A stretch of DNA of 63,101 bases, filler included. It is 15 parts of 15 records of this genome, joined end to end, with 100 filler letters (N's around TTAATTAATTAA, not from the genome) between each part and the next. Parts side by side here need not be neighbours in the genome. Positions count along the whole stretch, not along the records: positions 21,150 to 24,213 come from SRR15195285_6062; positions 24,314 to 28,440 come from SRR15195285_6070; positions 28,541 to 32,498 come from SRR15195285_6075; positions 32,599 to 36,125 come from SRR15195285_6086; 11 more parts are not named here. One strand, written 5' to 3'. The notes beneath the pieces were generated by a model. That model had not been told where the DNA came from. It saw only the letters and a program-made list of their open reading frames with translations, and did no database searches. This document shows, one piece after another, positions 22,904-33,982 of this stretch (positions are counted from its first letter, which is position 1; each line of letters begins with the position of its first letter). The position numbers were made by a program, and so were the translations under genes.

Positions 22904-24159
22904 CTAGGCTTTCGCTCTGAGCTCCTCATATGTGGCACATCCAGTCGCCGGCACCATGACCTCCGTCCACTTCTGGTCTAATACCGCGAGCACGCTCGGC
23001 GGAATGGATGTTCTACCCTGTCCTGCCTTGCCCCCGCTTGCCCGCACTTTGCCGATCTTGACCTCGCTGTCGTCAGCCAGGCCCATGTTGGGCTTGCACG
23101 CGTTGCGCACGAAATGATCGTCAAAGTGGTGTTTGTTTTCGGCAGATGACATGAACTTGAAGCTCGATTTCTCCACCACCTGGAAGGTGACATGCAGTAG
23201 TTAGAAATTATACTAAGACACCTTGTATGGAAGCTGCAACATGACTGAGAGCTATCTGGTCCAAAGCCGCCGCACCGTTGCGAGTAGATTGTCGTCGCAT
23301 TCGATCTTCAGAAAGCCAGCAACTTTTTTCACGCTGCCCGGTAGGTCCTCCTTTAAGTCCTCAAACGTAATCCAGAGTACGTCCTCGCGCCCGCGCACAT
23401 TCCACCACGACAGGAAATGATGCCATATCTGTCCGGCCTGTGCAGCCCCTGGTCATGAGCACCACAGCAGAGTCAAATGTATCCGCAGTGAGTGCGCCGT
23501 GCGAAGTTCTGCTGCTTCGCTTGAACTTACCAGCGAAGATGGCGTCCTTGAACTGTACCATGGTGATGTCACCGGGCTCCTACAGCAGGTATAAGCGTTA
23601 TGTCACGTCAAGAACCAGCCAGACCGCTCAAGCAGCGGGGGCGACTCACCAGTCCGTCGTAGTCGGGGAGGAAGTGATAGAATGAGACAAACGCATCGAG
23701 CGGATGGCGCGCCACGTATATATAGCGCGCTCCCTTCGGGATGGTCTCCCACGCCTCGTGAGACTTGAAACAGCGCGGGTTGGCGACATGGTCGGCGTCC
23801 AGGTCCTGTCCACACTCGTGCGCTAGGATATCCCACGGCACGACCTCCGTAATCTCGCCGAAGTTCATGTCCCCTTTGGTGCGCAGCATATGGACTATTT
23901 GCGTCATCCAGGTGGTTCCACACTTCGGATACGTGGACACAAACACGTCGCTTGGGCGCGGCTTCATCCCCTGGCCCACCTCAACACTCTTCGCGCTATG
24001 CATGTTCTTATTCCGCAGTTTCATCAGCTGCAGCCCGAGGTCTGTGCGCCGCGCATGCTCGATCTCCACTTGCTTTTCCAACTCCTTCGCTTTGGCCATG
24101 TAGTAGCACAGGACGATGCCACCCGTCACCACGCCGAGCGTGTTGCCCCAGTGGCTCAT
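22904..24159 (-). CDS. PAPS-dependent sulfotransferase (Sulfotransfer_1) with N-terminal TM anchor, multi-exon
   Basis: 5'-PSB TYPKCGTTW; 3'-PB YVARHPLDAFVS; WHHFLSWW; GKVRASGG. Three in-phase GT-AG introns. Confidence 0.92.
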
Positions 24160-24610
24160 CCCCTCAACTGCCCTGCACGATGCAGAGAGCTCAGATTCAG
24201 TCGAGCAACCCCANNNNNNNNNNNNNNNNNNNNNNNNNNNNNNNNNNNNNNNNNNNNTTAATTAATTAANNNNNNNNNNNNNNNNNNNNNNNNNNNNNNN
24301 NNNNNNNNNNNNNACCTGGGTCAGCATAAAGATGGACCAAGCTATTGAATTGTGACTTGAATGTTGAATCTGAATGCAATTTTTTCACTCAGTTCTCTTC
24401 GATCAGTCCGGTCCGCCCGGGTCTGTTCTGATCAAGAACTCAAATTCCTCAATCCGCCGCCGATGATCCGACATCCGTGCTTCCGTGGGCGGTGGCTGTT
24501 GGGCCACCGCCGTTGCGCACCGGCACACGCAGAACGGAGCAGAGCATGGCCATGGGGATGGGCTAGGCGCGGAACTGAGGGCGCTGCTGCCGTTGGAGGC
24601 TGCTGGCACC

Positions 24611-27130
24611 ATGGGCTCTCTGGGAGAGATGACTATGGAGCAGAAGGTTGCGCGCTATGCGGAGCTGGCGCAGAAGATCATGGACGGAGAAGCCACAGAT
24701 GCTGACACCACTGAGGCGGAACGGCTGGGTGCGGAGATGGAGGCGGCGGGAAAGGACGACGGGGCTGGTGCGGTAGCAAGCACCTCTGCCACAACAGCCG
24801 CGCAGTCGGTGTCAAAATCCCTCCCTGAGGGAGCATCGCCGAGCGCTCCCAAGCCCAGCTTGCCAGACAGTGACAAGGCCTCCACCGGCCCTGCCTCTGC
24901 AGCGCAGCAGCCGGAGCCTGCGCCTCCAGCAGCGTTGGCACCTGCGGCCAGGCCAGACTGGGCCGTTGTGGAGCCCGACCCAGAGCCAGAGCCGACGCCA
25001 GAGCCAGACAGTTTGGACACTATCTTCGCCCAAATATACGCGCATACGCAGAAGCAGAATGTACGGCTCGTGGAGCTGTTCTTCCTTGTCGATGCGGACA
25101 AAAGCGGCACGATGAATCAGCACGAGTGGGACGAGGCACTGAATTTGATGGAGGTAGACCTCTCTGAAGGCGACGCGAAGGCAGCATTCGAAGCCCTGGA
25201 TGTGAATGGACAAGGTAATGTCGAGATAAATGATTTCATGGCACGGGTGCAGGCCGCTGCCGTGGAGTCTGCTCGGCGTGACTTAGGGCCACCGGCTGTG
25301 CAGTCAGCTGCGGCCGAGCCGACTGAAGCGGGAGCAGGGGAGAACTCAAGGCGACGTCGGCCGTCATGGGTGGGAGAGCCGCGGCGCGTCGAACTCTCGC
25401 TTGCGTGCGCCGGGATGCCCAGCGGTAGTCGTGGCAGCCTCTTGCCCATGTTTGCCGTGCTATGGATGTGGCGCAAAAAGGATCGGCGGTGGCAGGAACA
25501 CGGTCGAACTGAAGTGGTGCGCGACGCCGAGCCAACATTCGTTACGTCGTTCTTCCTGGATTACATCGACCACAACGATAATTACACTGGCGATCATGAC
25601 CAATGGGCAAAGGTCGGTATCTTCATCCGTAAGTCAACACTCGCAGACCTAAGTCGCCACGAGGCTTTTGGGGAAGCTATCTTTACGCTTCGTGACATCT
25701 ACCGTGTCCCCGTACGCCGCATCGCGCGAGAGATGGTCAAGGGTGGCGAGATCATCATCCGCATGGCAGACGCAACTGCGGACGCGCTGCCGGGGTTTGT
25801 CGAGATCACTTGCTCTGCTGCAGGTTTGCCGCCAAAGTCGTCGCCGTTCATTCAGGTCCAGCGATATGTCACCGGAGAGTTTGAAGTCTTTCACAGATCC
25901 GAAGCAATTTATGACACTGACGAGCCACATTTCAAAAAGTTTTCAGTGCCTCTGAACCGTGCTTGCCTAAATGACATGGATACGTTCATCAGATTTGAGC
26001 TGTGGGATCTTGACCACACAGCGGGCCATCAGCTGCTAGGCTCGATCGAGACGTCCCTGCGCGAGCAGCAAAGTTTTTCAGACGCATCCGCAACTCCAGT
26101 GTTCAAACTAAATCCACCGGGTACGAAGAAGGGTGCACCACTCGCGAAGCCCATGAAAAACACGCGGGCGGGCAAAAAGCGAAAGCCACGAGGCCCAGAG
26201 CTATCTCTGCACGTGCGGTTGCACCAGGCTGGTGGTGAGAAGCCATCTCGCTCGAAGCAGGCACGCAAGCCATCTGTCGCTGCAAGCATGAAAGACGACG
26301 CTTCCTTTCTCGCAAGCCTGCTAGATGACACGAACTTTGCTGAGAGCGACATGAAGGACGTCATCGGTGATGGCATCAACTACATTAATGAGCGTGCCGC
26401 TGACCGGCAGGAGCAGCGCCGTAAGAACCAACGCAGCGATTTGCCCGCAGGAATGGGAGGGTTTTTAGAAGAGTACTCTCTGGCATCTGAGGAGTCACTG
26501 CAGCGGTTGCTGGATAAGAGCGGTCGCCGAGGCAAGAAGAAGAGGAGAGGTCGCAACACACCCAATAGTAGCCGCGGAGACGACGATTCCTCGTCAACGA
26601 TGAATTCAGACGAAGAGACTCAGGGGCATCCACCGAGACCGGAATCGCTACCCTCGATTCACGAGCGGTCCGATGCCAGTTCTAGCATCGCTGCCGGCAA
26701 GTCGCACTCCGGCTTGCGCTCGAAGTCCTCCATGGCAGTGTACGAATCTGCCCGTGCGGCTATTTCGGCGAAGAAAAATCGAAAATCTGGAGCAGGACAG
26801 ATCGGCCATTTCGGCAAGGGCCGCGGCGTTGGATCGACTAAACCTGCTCAGATCGTCCGTACGCGCGACAAATTGCCGCAACTCGCGATTACCATGCGGT
26901 TGGATGCCATGAAGATCGACGGCGGGAAAAAGCCCCGCAGGCGCAGAGCCAAAGAAATCCCAGACTTCGAAGAGTTGGCAGGAAAGGAACAGGTCTCAGC
27001 AGTAGAGCTTGCCACGAATATGTCCCCGTCACCGCAGGAGCTGGCCAGAGAGTATCGGCGAAAGAAGCGTCTAAACCACCAGCCAGGCTCGGTTCGACTG
27101 CCAGATGCGAGACGAACGGACGTAAGATAG
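24611..27130 (+). CDS. EF-hand pair + two copine-type C2 domains + basic disordered tail (no vWA domain)
   Basis: EF loops DADKSGTMNQHE and DVNGQGNVEIND; C2A WQEHGRTEVVRDAEPTFVTSFFLDY; C2B FHRSEAIYDTDEPHFKKFSVPL..IRFELWDLD..HQLLG. Confidence 0.78.
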   Translation: MGSLGEMTMEQKVARYAELAQKIMDGEATDADTTEAERLGAEMEAAGKDDGAGAVASTSATTAAQSVSKSLPEGASPSAPKPSLPDSDKASTGPASAAQQPEPAPPAALAPAARPDWAVVEPDPEPEPTPEPDSLDTIFAQIYAHTQKQNVRLVELFFLVDADKSGTMNQHEWDEALNLMEVDLSEGDAKAAFEALDVNGQGNVEINDFMARVQAAAVESARRDLGPPAVQSAAAEPTEAGAGENSRRRRPSWVGEPRRVELSLACAGMPSGSRGSLLPMFAVLWMWRKKDRRWQEHGRTEVVRDAEPTFVTSFFLDYIDHNDNYTGDHDQWAKVGIFIRKSTLADLSRHEAFGEAIFTLRDIYRVPVRRIAREMVKGGEIIIRMADATADALPGFVEITCSAAGLPPKSSPFIQVQRYVTGEFEVFHRSEAIYDTDEPHFKKFSVPLNRACLNDMDTFIRFELWDLDHTAGHQLLGSIETSLREQQSFSDASATPVFKLNPPGTKKGAPLAKPMKNTRAGKKRKPRGPELSLHVRLHQAGGEKPSRSKQARKPSVAASMKDDASFLASLLDDTNFAESDMKDVIGDGINYINERAADRQEQRRKNQRSDLPAGMGGFLEEYSLASEESLQRLLDKSGRRGKKKRRGRNTPNSSRGDDDSSSTMNSDEETQGHPPRPESLPSIHERSDASSSIAAGKSHSGLRSKSSMAVYESARAAISAKKNRKSGAGQIGHFGKGRGVGSTKPAQIVRTRDKLPQLAITMRLDAMKIDGGKKPRRRRAKEIPDFEELAGKEQVSAVELATNMSPSPQELAREYRRKKRLNHQPGSVRLPDARRTDVR

Positions 27131-27270
27131 CAGCACTTGCAGCAACGTTGTGCTGCAACACTTGGGTTGGATTAAACAAAATGTCATTTTCTTGGTATGG
27201 AATCCATTCATCAAAACACCACAGATGCGTACGGTTGCAGACATGACCTTCAGCGATCGGTCAATTTTGT

Positions 27271-28317
27271 TCAACACTCATTCACTGGGTCTTCTTCTCC
27301 CTCTGCAGCAGCTCCCAAGGCGCCTAGCGCGGCGAGGTCGGTGCACTTGGCAGAGAAACGCAGCGGGGCGTTTAGTGACGGCACAGCCGCTGATGGACAC
27401 CGTCGAACTAGCGCACAACCGCGCCCTTTTACCTCCACGCACCACATGAGCCCCATTCCAACGGGCAGGTCATGGGCGACCAGTCCAAGTCTGTGACCGT
27501 CTTTAAATGCCCATAGACACCCGACTGCACAGTCAAGCAGCAGACCAACGGAGCTGTTCTGGCACGAGCCGTGAACTACATCAAAGCTGCGCGTAGTCTC
27601 TGCCCCGTGGACGCAGTGGCCATCGCTTGGGTCCCAGCACCACGCGTGCGAGGTCATACTTGCATAGAGGTCTAACCCGCTCGGGTCGAACTGTGGAGTG
27701 CAGACACCCACTGCAACCTTGCCTTCAAGGATCGTGAAAGACACAAGGTGCCGGCCCTTTTTCATGACGCTACTGCTTATTGCAGTACCACTGGTCATGC
27801 CACGCCGCACTGCAGCTGTGCAGCCATCTGGCGCGAGGTCATCGCGCACCATCTCGAGCAGAGCTCGGCCTTGAGCTGACGTGTCCACCCTCCGTGGATC
27901 AGACCGCAGAGTAAGTGGGGCTGTCCAGGGGCCGAGCGCGCCAGCCCAGGTCATCGGTATGCGTCCGCATGGTGTATCAACGGCACATCGACGCGGGATA
28001 TCCAGTGCCATAGGCCAGTGCCCTGGGCGCAGTAAGCCCTGTCTACATCTCAAAAGGAGCATCTGGCGGGCCGCTTCCTCTGCCACTGAACGCCCTCCAA
28101 ACTCACGCACTGCGCACGAAAGATAACGACTGACCGCAGCGAGCCGCGCGAGGTCCGCACCATCCAGTGCGTGACCCGGGATCCCACCCTTAGAGTGCTG
28201 CGCGAAGGAACGCCTGCCGCCGTGAATACCAAGAGCAGCGTTGCCGCGATGAATCACCGCTGGGGCTGTGCAGATCGCCAGCAGAAGCTGTGGTGGTAGC
28301 TGATCCAGCGTCGCCAT
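27271..28317 (-). CDS. F-box-like + SPRY/B30.2 domain protein
   Basis: LDQLPPQLLLAI..LDGADLARLAAVSRYL (interrupted F-box); GRHLVSFTI..VAVGV..VGLLLDCAVGCLWAFKDGHRLG (SPRY). Confidence 0.72.
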   Translation of the reverse strand: MATLDQLPPQLLLAICTAPAVIHRGNAALGIHGGRRSFAQHSKGGIPGHALDGADLARLAAVSRYLSCAVREFGGRSVAEEAARQMLLLRCRQGLLRPGHWPMALDIPRRCAVDTPCGRIPMTWAGALGPWTAPLTLRSDPRRVDTSAQGRALLEMVRDDLAPDGCTAAVRRGMTSGTAISSSVMKKGRHLVSFTILEGKVAVGVCTPQFDPSGLDLYASMTSHAWCWDPSDGHCVHGAETTRSFDVVHGSCQNSSVGLLLDCAVGCLWAFKDGHRLGLVAHDLPVGMGLMWCVEVKGRGCALVRRCPSAAVPSLNAPLRFSAKCTDLAALGALGAAAEGEEDPVNEC

Positions 28318-28541
28318 GGATGCGCTCCCGCGCAGCTATAGTATTAGAGTATATGCGTGGTACATGAAGCGCGCGCGCGTGCGCCCTGTTTACCGGTATT
28401 CTAGTATATCGCTCCGAATTCCAGCTGCATGCACGCATTCNNNNNNNNNNNNNNNNNNNNNNNNNNNNNNNNNNNNNNNNNNNNTTAATTAATTAANNNN
28501 NNNNNNNNNNNNNNNNNNNNNNNNNNNNNNNNNNNNNNNNG

Positions 28542-29018
28542 GTGGGTGTAACGTGTGATCCTGCCGTTGCAGTCTCCAGGGGATTCCGCAGGAAGATCGT
28601 CTGTGGTCGTGGAGTGCCACTAGAATCACAGTTGAGGTCACATAGATTGTACGCCCAGCACTTCTTGGATTTTGTAGCTCTAGTCGACGAAGCGTCTCTA
28701 TACGACACCACGAACGAGACCGTCGAGATTGCGAGAGCATCGGTTGACAACGGGAGACGTGCGTTCGGATTCTGTATATCTGCGGGCATTTGAGCTCAAT
28801 TGGTGCTGACGGACGACTCGCTCGCGCTGCCCTTCGGTGCAGGTGTCTTGAAAGAAGAGAGACTCTTTGGACGGTTTCTGGACAAGGCTAAGCTTAACGA
28901 CAAGGCTACCAAAGCAATTGAACTATTCACCGAAGACGAAAGTCCTGGATTGGCCACCCGAATGCTACTACCGTTGCCAGCCGTTCCCACGCGGATCTTA
29001 GAGTTGTTCTGCCAGTAG
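28542..29018 (+). CDS. 3' end of a zeta-toxin-fold kinase resembling plant Ca2+/calmodulin-dependent NAD kinase (NADKc)
   Basis: VGVTCDPAVAVSRGFRRKIVCGRGVPLESQLRSHRLYAQHFLDFVALVDEASLYDT resembles the NADKc C-terminal block as I recall it (GVVCDAYLAV.RG.RR....R.V...SQL.SH.RF...F..Y..LVD.A.LY). Intron 28759-28842 is in phase. Confidence 0.75.
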
Positions 29019-29447
29019 CTTGTTCGTGCGAACGTTAACCGGGAGCGCGGAGCCGGGGATTGCAGCCTGTCTCGATCCTGGCGCACTCCGCACTGGCGAC
29101 TGCTGGGCATGATCAAGACGTTTGACTGGTGACTGCATGCTCCATGCAAGGGAGAGTCAGTCGCGGGTTGACCTGACCGTGACCGGGATCAAGAGGACCA
29201 GGTGGGGAGTGTATTGGCTTTTTAAGGGTACCTAGAGGTACCTCAGGTGGTGCACTGAACCACTGATATGAGCGGTTTGGTGGGCAACAGTAACGTCCCT
29301 TCGTTCGTCCTGCGTGAGTGAGCCTTACTGGCAACAGTGGAATGCGGGACGACAACCGAGCCACACGCATGGAGGCTTACAATTGTAGTGCATTATTGGC
29401 GCACGTTGGCGCCAGTACTGCGCCCGACACGGCGCCCCAAATGACCC

Positions 29448-31900
29448 CTAGGCGTTGCGAATATGCTCCGACAGGGCCGCGAGACCGTACAAGAGTTCCA
29501 CTTGCTTGCGTGCCTCCGAGGTGAGTATGTGGATGTGACACACCTAGCACCACGCACGGATCTCAATAAACAATCCAGTGTAGTCGCGCCAAGACAGAGT
29601 CTTACCTCAGTGCTGCGGAAAGCAACCCCTCCATCGGGTCCTGGGTCGCGGCACCGACGGAAGTCCCTGCGCACGTTTGCAAATGTCAGTCGACCATGCG
29701 TCTTGCCTACGTCATGGGGAGAGCGACGGACCGTGCTCGGATTGCCTCTGGGCGGGTCGCAACCTTCTTCACGTGACCTTTGACATTCGGATGCAGCAAG
29801 CTGTTGACCACCGAATAGTCGTAGTCAGCGTGTTCGACGCCCCACAAGCGCTGTGTGTAGTACCTACTCAATCATGACAACGCAGGTGAATACCTTGAGT
29901 ATGACAGCAAGCGAAAACACGTGGGTTTGAAGCGCGGCTCACCAGATCGCAAGCCGGTATGGTTCAGTGTCGATGTCTTCTTCCGCGAAGCCGACTCGTC
30001 TATCACTGACCGTCTGCGCCGCTCTGAACTCCTCATCTAGGAGCTTCGCCGCCTCATCATCAACATATTTTGATACCATGCTATAGCCCAATTCGTCCCA
30101 GCTGTTCTCATTCAAATCTAGATTTGAATCAGAATGCATGTCAAAGTCCACGTATTCGAAGCCATCGACCTCGCCATTCCTTATGCAGTATTTGGCTCGC
30201 TCATCATCTGACAGCAGGTATGAGTACGCGTCTTCGGCGTCCTCATTGCCATCACCGCCTAACTGCGGCGCAAGCTCCAGCTCCTGCTTCTGCTCCTGCT
30301 GCGGCCGCAGCTCCGGCTCCGGCTCTGGCTCCAACTGTGGAAGTTGGACTGGTGGCTGATCGATCGCTGGAGCAGCAGAGTCAGCCAGTAACACAGCCTG
30401 GTCGGCAGAGGGTTCAGCGGTCATGTTGGTTCTTGGCGTAGCCTCTGCGGCGTTAATCGGTGGCGGAAGTCCTGCAGTGGACTCGTATCCACCCTCGCCC
30501 TCTGTACTTTCCTCAGCAACTAGATGGTCAGCATCTTGGGCGCTAGAGTCCAGCTGCTCCTCTTGACCCTCACGGTCAAACTGTTCGTCGCCTTCCACCT
30601 CATCGGTCTCATCACGGTCGCCGTTTCCTTCCTCTTCCTTGTCCTGAGGTCCCGACCGCAGCTGGTCGATTAGCTTGACCGTCCCAGCACTATCCGACGT
30701 GGTCGTCGAGTACACGGCCAGCTCAGGATCTGGTGCGAGTGACATACGCAAGTGAGCCCGCGATGCTCTATCCCGGAAGTCTAGCTCAGGGCCAAGCCCA
30801 CACCCAAGCACAAACGAGCAAAGTGCGTGGAACGCAGACATCAAGATGATGGCATGCGCCACTTCGGCGTGTGTCCAGGCATCTCCACCCCCAGTCAGTT
30901 TTGCGATGTGTTCTGCATCCACAGCCCAAGGTTGCCGCGCCAAAATTGCGTTCAGCTCAACCAGCAGTGCGAGCTTCGGGGGGGCTGCGGACAGTCCATC
31001 CGTCAGCCAGCTCTCATCTCCACCAACGTCTAGAAACTCAATCTCTAGCCGGTGCACAATGTAGCCGCATGAATGCTGCGCAGACGCCATAATGCCAATG
31101 TAGCTTCGCCACGCTCGTGGCAACGGGCCAGACTCCCTCAGTAGGTAGTTGATTGCGACATCAAAGCAGCTCTGATACCTCGGGTGGATAACCATGACGC
31201 GCATTAGGTGGGAAATGCGACCCTCCGACAAAAACAACGCCTCGAGCTGGTTGCGCGTTTCGGCGTCGCTCGTGTCTATTTTGACGACCTCGTCGGTAGT
31301 CATGAACGCGGACACGGCTTCCACTTGTGCATCAGCTTCCAGATGGACATGTACGCTTCGTAGCTGATCCAGGAACTCTGATAAGCTTACACGGATGTCC
31401 TCGAACGGCGCAGTGCAACTCCAGCGAATGACCGTATGTAAATGCGCGTGCAGGAGCGGGCCCGGCTCTCGGCAACCGTCCTCGCCAATGTAATCATCGC
31501 TTGGTATGCTCAGCCACAGCACAGTGAGCAGCCGTTCCAGACCTTCTGCCCGGGCCGCGGGATCGCGATCGAGGACCTCATCGAAAAGCTGCGAGACCTG
31601 ATCTGCATCGACGAGCGGGGAATCATCGGGAGTGGCCTCGAGCTCATGCGCGTAGACAGATGCGAACCGTCTCATCAGCGGCAGCGACGGCACTCGATCA
31701 GCTTGACTTGACGCCCCGTCCAGAGAGAAGACCATCCCGTTCATCGGAGAGTCCACTGCACCCCAATCTGGCGAGTCGGGGAATGCCCTGCCATTTGGAC
31801 TGGAACCCTTGCGCGCACCGGGCCTGCTGTCGTCCACCGACGTGAAGCTCGAGCCTTGCGAGCTCGGCAAAAAGCCCGAGCCGCTGCCCGCGCTGCTCAT
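29448..31900 (-). CDS. SESN: Sestrin (PA26 family), 4 exons
   Basis: GPLPRAWRSYIGIMASAQHSCGY; NAILARQPW; WTHAEVAHAIILMSAFHALCSF; spliced C-terminus AIWYYTQRLWGVEHADYDYSVVN..STEVCHIHILTSEARKQVELLYGL. Confidence 0.93.
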
Positions 31901-32672
31901 CCAGGGCGGGGTGGGCCACAAGCTGCCGCCTGCTGCTGTTCTACATGCGCAACCCGCAGCTCCAGCACTGCAGTGCTAGTTGCAGAGGCGGCGGCGAGGG
32001 TGCACAGGCCACAGGCCACAGCGCGTTGAAGGGATTATCGATTGCGTGCGACGCACCGACCGCCCGCCGAACGCTACTAGATTCGTGTGTACACACTTGT
32101 AGTAGTAGATGTTACCGTACATTTGCTTGAGACCGGGAACTTTTGCTCACCGGGTACTCGAACTGTTCACCCGTCAATCGACCACTGTTGAGGTAATGTT
32201 TTTAGGGCACCCCTTCATTTTCTGGAGCAGAGCTCATTCACGATCCGAGGCTTCGCCAGACGGACTTCTAAGTTCTACAGTATACCGGTAGAAGCCAATC
32301 ATGAAGCCAATCCCTCTTGATCAGTCTCTCACCCACGACCCCGGAGCGGCTCGAACGTGATCTGCATCCGAAATCCACCACCGCTGATTTTCTGTACTAG
32401 TATGCATTTACCGGCGCTTGGCTCTCGGTGCACAGCTGTATCTCACGAACAGTTAGTTGGCTGGCTCGGAATTCAACACTCCGCGGAGTGAAAACAACNN
32501 NNNNNNNNNNNNNNNNNNNNNNNNNNNNNNNNNNNNNNNNNNTTAATTAATTAANNNNNNNNNNNNNNNNNNNNNNNNNNNNNNNNNNNNNNNNNNNNTG
32601 TACCGTATAATATCAAGTTGTACACGGCTCTCCATGCAACATTTGCTTGGCTGACTACAGGGTGCGCGAACG

Positions 32673-33659
32673 ATGCGGCGACAAGCTGCCATCGGCGCCC
32701 TCTCGGTTGGAGCGACAGCGGCGGCGCTTTGGCACTGCACTAGATACAGTATGCTCAAAACTGCCCAGGGACACAACACGGCGGCTTCCGTCGCGGCTGG
32801 CAGCGAAGGAGCCGCGCTCACGGCTGCCGCTCTCGAGGCGCCTGAGGGGTCTCAAATTGAGCACCGCATTTCGTGCGGATCTTGCGAGACGGGCTCCTTC
32901 GGCTTTTTGCTCTACCTGCCTAAAGGGTATCGCACTGGCAAAGAGTGGCCGGTCGTGTACCATCTGCACGGTGGTGGGGAGTCCGAACGCCAACAAGGCT
33001 TCGGTCCGCTCACAGAGGATGGCGTCAACCTGCTCAGCGCAGTTAAGGCGCACGGACTGCCGGCGATTGTCGAGGGGGAGGCACCACCGTGCGTCGTCGT
33101 GGCACCGCAGTGCCCGAAGGGCGCTGGAGGATGGGGCAGTGCTTCGGCACTGACGGCGCTCGAGACGCTAGCTGATCTGGTGAGCGAAGCTTTGCACATC
33201 GACGCAAACCGGCAGTACCTCACTGGGCTGTCCATGGGAGGCTACGGGACGTGGTCTTGGGCTGTGCACTCGCCACATCGTTTCGCAGCCATCGCACCTG
33301 TGTGCGGAGGTTGGCGCGAGGCATCCACGCGTGCTTCCGCCGCGACTGCCATTGCGCATGTTCCACACTATATCGCACATGGCGCCAACGACAAGATCGT
33401 TCCGGTGAGTGCATCCGACGAGATGGTAGAGGCTCTCCGCTCATCCGGAGCGGACGACATCATCTACTGCCGGTACCCGATCTCACCAGCACCATACCAG
33501 CCCACTGACTGGAGCTCCCGCCGGGCGGATGGCTCGGACGGTGCGCCTCTGGCGCCAAGTGACCTCACTGGCCACGATTCCTGGACGCAGACGTACACAG
33601 ACCCAAAATTCTTTTCTTGGCTGTTCTCAAAAACGAACGTCAAGGTCTCGAACCTCTGA
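32673..33659 (+). CDS. Alpha/beta hydrolase (COG4099-like esterase or peptidase), intronless
   Basis: LYLP..WPVVYHLHGGGE; VVAPQCP; triad GLSMGG / HGAND / GHDSW. Confidence 0.9.
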   Translation: MRRQAAIGALSVGATAAALWHCTRYSMLKTAQGHNTAASVAAGSEGAALTAAALEAPEGSQIEHRISCGSCETGSFGFLLYLPKGYRTGKEWPVVYHLHGGGESERQQGFGPLTEDGVNLLSAVKAHGLPAIVEGEAPPCVVVAPQCPKGAGGWGSASALTALETLADLVSEALHIDANRQYLTGLSMGGYGTWSWAVHSPHRFAAIAPVCGGWREASTRASAATAIAHVPHYIAHGANDKIVPVSASDEMVEALRSSGADDIIYCRYPISPAPYQPTDWSSRRADGSDGAPLAPSDLTGHDSWTQTYTDPKFFSWLFSKTNVKVSNL

Positions 33660-33982
33660 CACACACAGCTTGGCAGCGCACAGTGAGCAAAGCTGATATA
33701 GGGCATGAGGCGCCCTAGGAGACAGTCGGTTTTTGGAGTATGTTAGTGACTGAACTTGTGACTCATTTTACAGCTACATGAATTCACCGCTAGCGTATGG
33801 GAGATACTCAGAGTACAATAATTATCTAGCATTAGTATTATCCGTTGGACTCTACAAACATCCATCTCTCTAGGCTCCAGATTTAATCTCTACCCGAGTA
33901 GCAAATGTATACTAGCGTACCTGGCTAGAATTGTGTTGGAGCAGGGACTAATTGTCGATAGTCTTCAAGTCAGAACTGCCAT

